A stretch of 64,000 nucleotides of DNA from a virus: the IMG/VR virus record IMGVR_UViG_3300002920_000054. One strand, 5' to 3'. Under the pieces are notes generated by a model that was not told the DNA's origin, did no database searches, and saw only the letters and a program-made list of their open reading frames with translations. This document shows, piece after piece, positions 63,671 to 64,000 of this stretch (the first letter of the stretch is position 1; each line of letters begins with the position of its first letter). The position numbers were made by a program, and so were the translations under genes.

Positions 63671-64000
63671 TTAAAGTATGTCATTTTTAAGGTAGAGGCT
63701 GTTTGGGTGGTTAGGATTTTTAAAATAATCACCCAAACACTCTCCGATGTTACCCCAAGTATTTTTTAATCTTTTAGCGAAAATCTTATAAGCTATATTG
63801 CATAAGAGATTTTTAGCTTTAGTGTTTTGATACACTTTAGCTTTACACCAACCTAGTACCCAAGCATCATGATGGTCTTTTGAGATTTTTCTAATTAAAG
63901 AAAAACACCAAAAGAGTTTTTCAAAAAAGGTAGGGTTTTTATGTGTTGCAAATTTAAAATGAGCTATAAGTTGTGGGAATCTCCCCATCCAAGCACTTAA
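63671..64000 (-). CDS. Hypothetical protein, 5' end probably outside the window
   Basis: The frame stays open from 63988 to the window edge (LSAW precedes the track Met). Confidence 0.55.
   Translation of the reverse strand, partial: LSAWMGRFPQLIAHFKFATHKNPTFFEKLFWCFSLIRKISKDHHDAWVLGWCKAKVYQNTKAKNLLCNIAYKIFAKRLKNTWGNIGECLGDYFKNPNHPNSLYLKNDIL

Noticed and set aside
1-64000. tRNA/rRNA genes, integrase or att sites, inteins or introns, reverse transcriptase/DGR, stop-codon recoding
   Set aside because: None recognised. TerL, NrdJ, DnaE and RecA are uninterrupted, and long ORFs end at TAA, TAG and TGA under the standard code. tRNAscan-SE would be needed to exclude tRNAs formally.

Overview
This AT-rich window (about 30% GC by eye) is an internal segment of a large tailed-phage genome in the standard genetic code. 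I found no integrase, tRNA, rRNA, CRISPR array or host housekeeping block. The left arm (1-31062, minus strand) holds a SPO1/Twort-like head module: terminase, portal, Mu gpF-like protein, prohead protease, scaffold, major capsid protein, adaptor and stopper. It is interspersed with putative capsid cargo: a SAM-lyase-like domain, a PI3/4-kinase/HipA-like kinase, a kinase-like domain fused to the protease, an SLT-like muralytic protein and a 2187-aa repeat protein. The left arm also carries ClpP, SbcD, a GroES-like gene, a sigma70-type factor lacking region 4.2 and UvsW. The right arm (31124-57659, plus strand) carries replication and recombination genes: split DnaB-like helicase, initiator-like protein with iterons, GroEL, SbcC, RuvC-like resolvase, class II RNR, DnaE, gp32-like SSB, UvsY/RecA and primase. 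An accessory region follows with envelope-targeted proteins (PagL-like deacylase, trypsin-like and subtilisin-like proteases, M15 endolysin), a frameshifted Mom-like gene, a macrodomain, an internally deleted IS607 (TnpA-TnpB fusion) and two orphan TnpB omegaRNA-like right ends. The main hypotheses are: (1) effectors are packaged in the capsid and released by the prohead protease at L-x-K|S/A motifs, and the protease itself carries a copy of the capsid N-terminal arm; (2) a split sigma (sigma2-3 plus a stand-alone sigma4) reads a -10-only CCTAATCT late promoter; (3) an outer-membrane remodelling cassette points to a diderm host for a Herelleviridae-like head. All family calls come from motif recognition by eye, not database searches.
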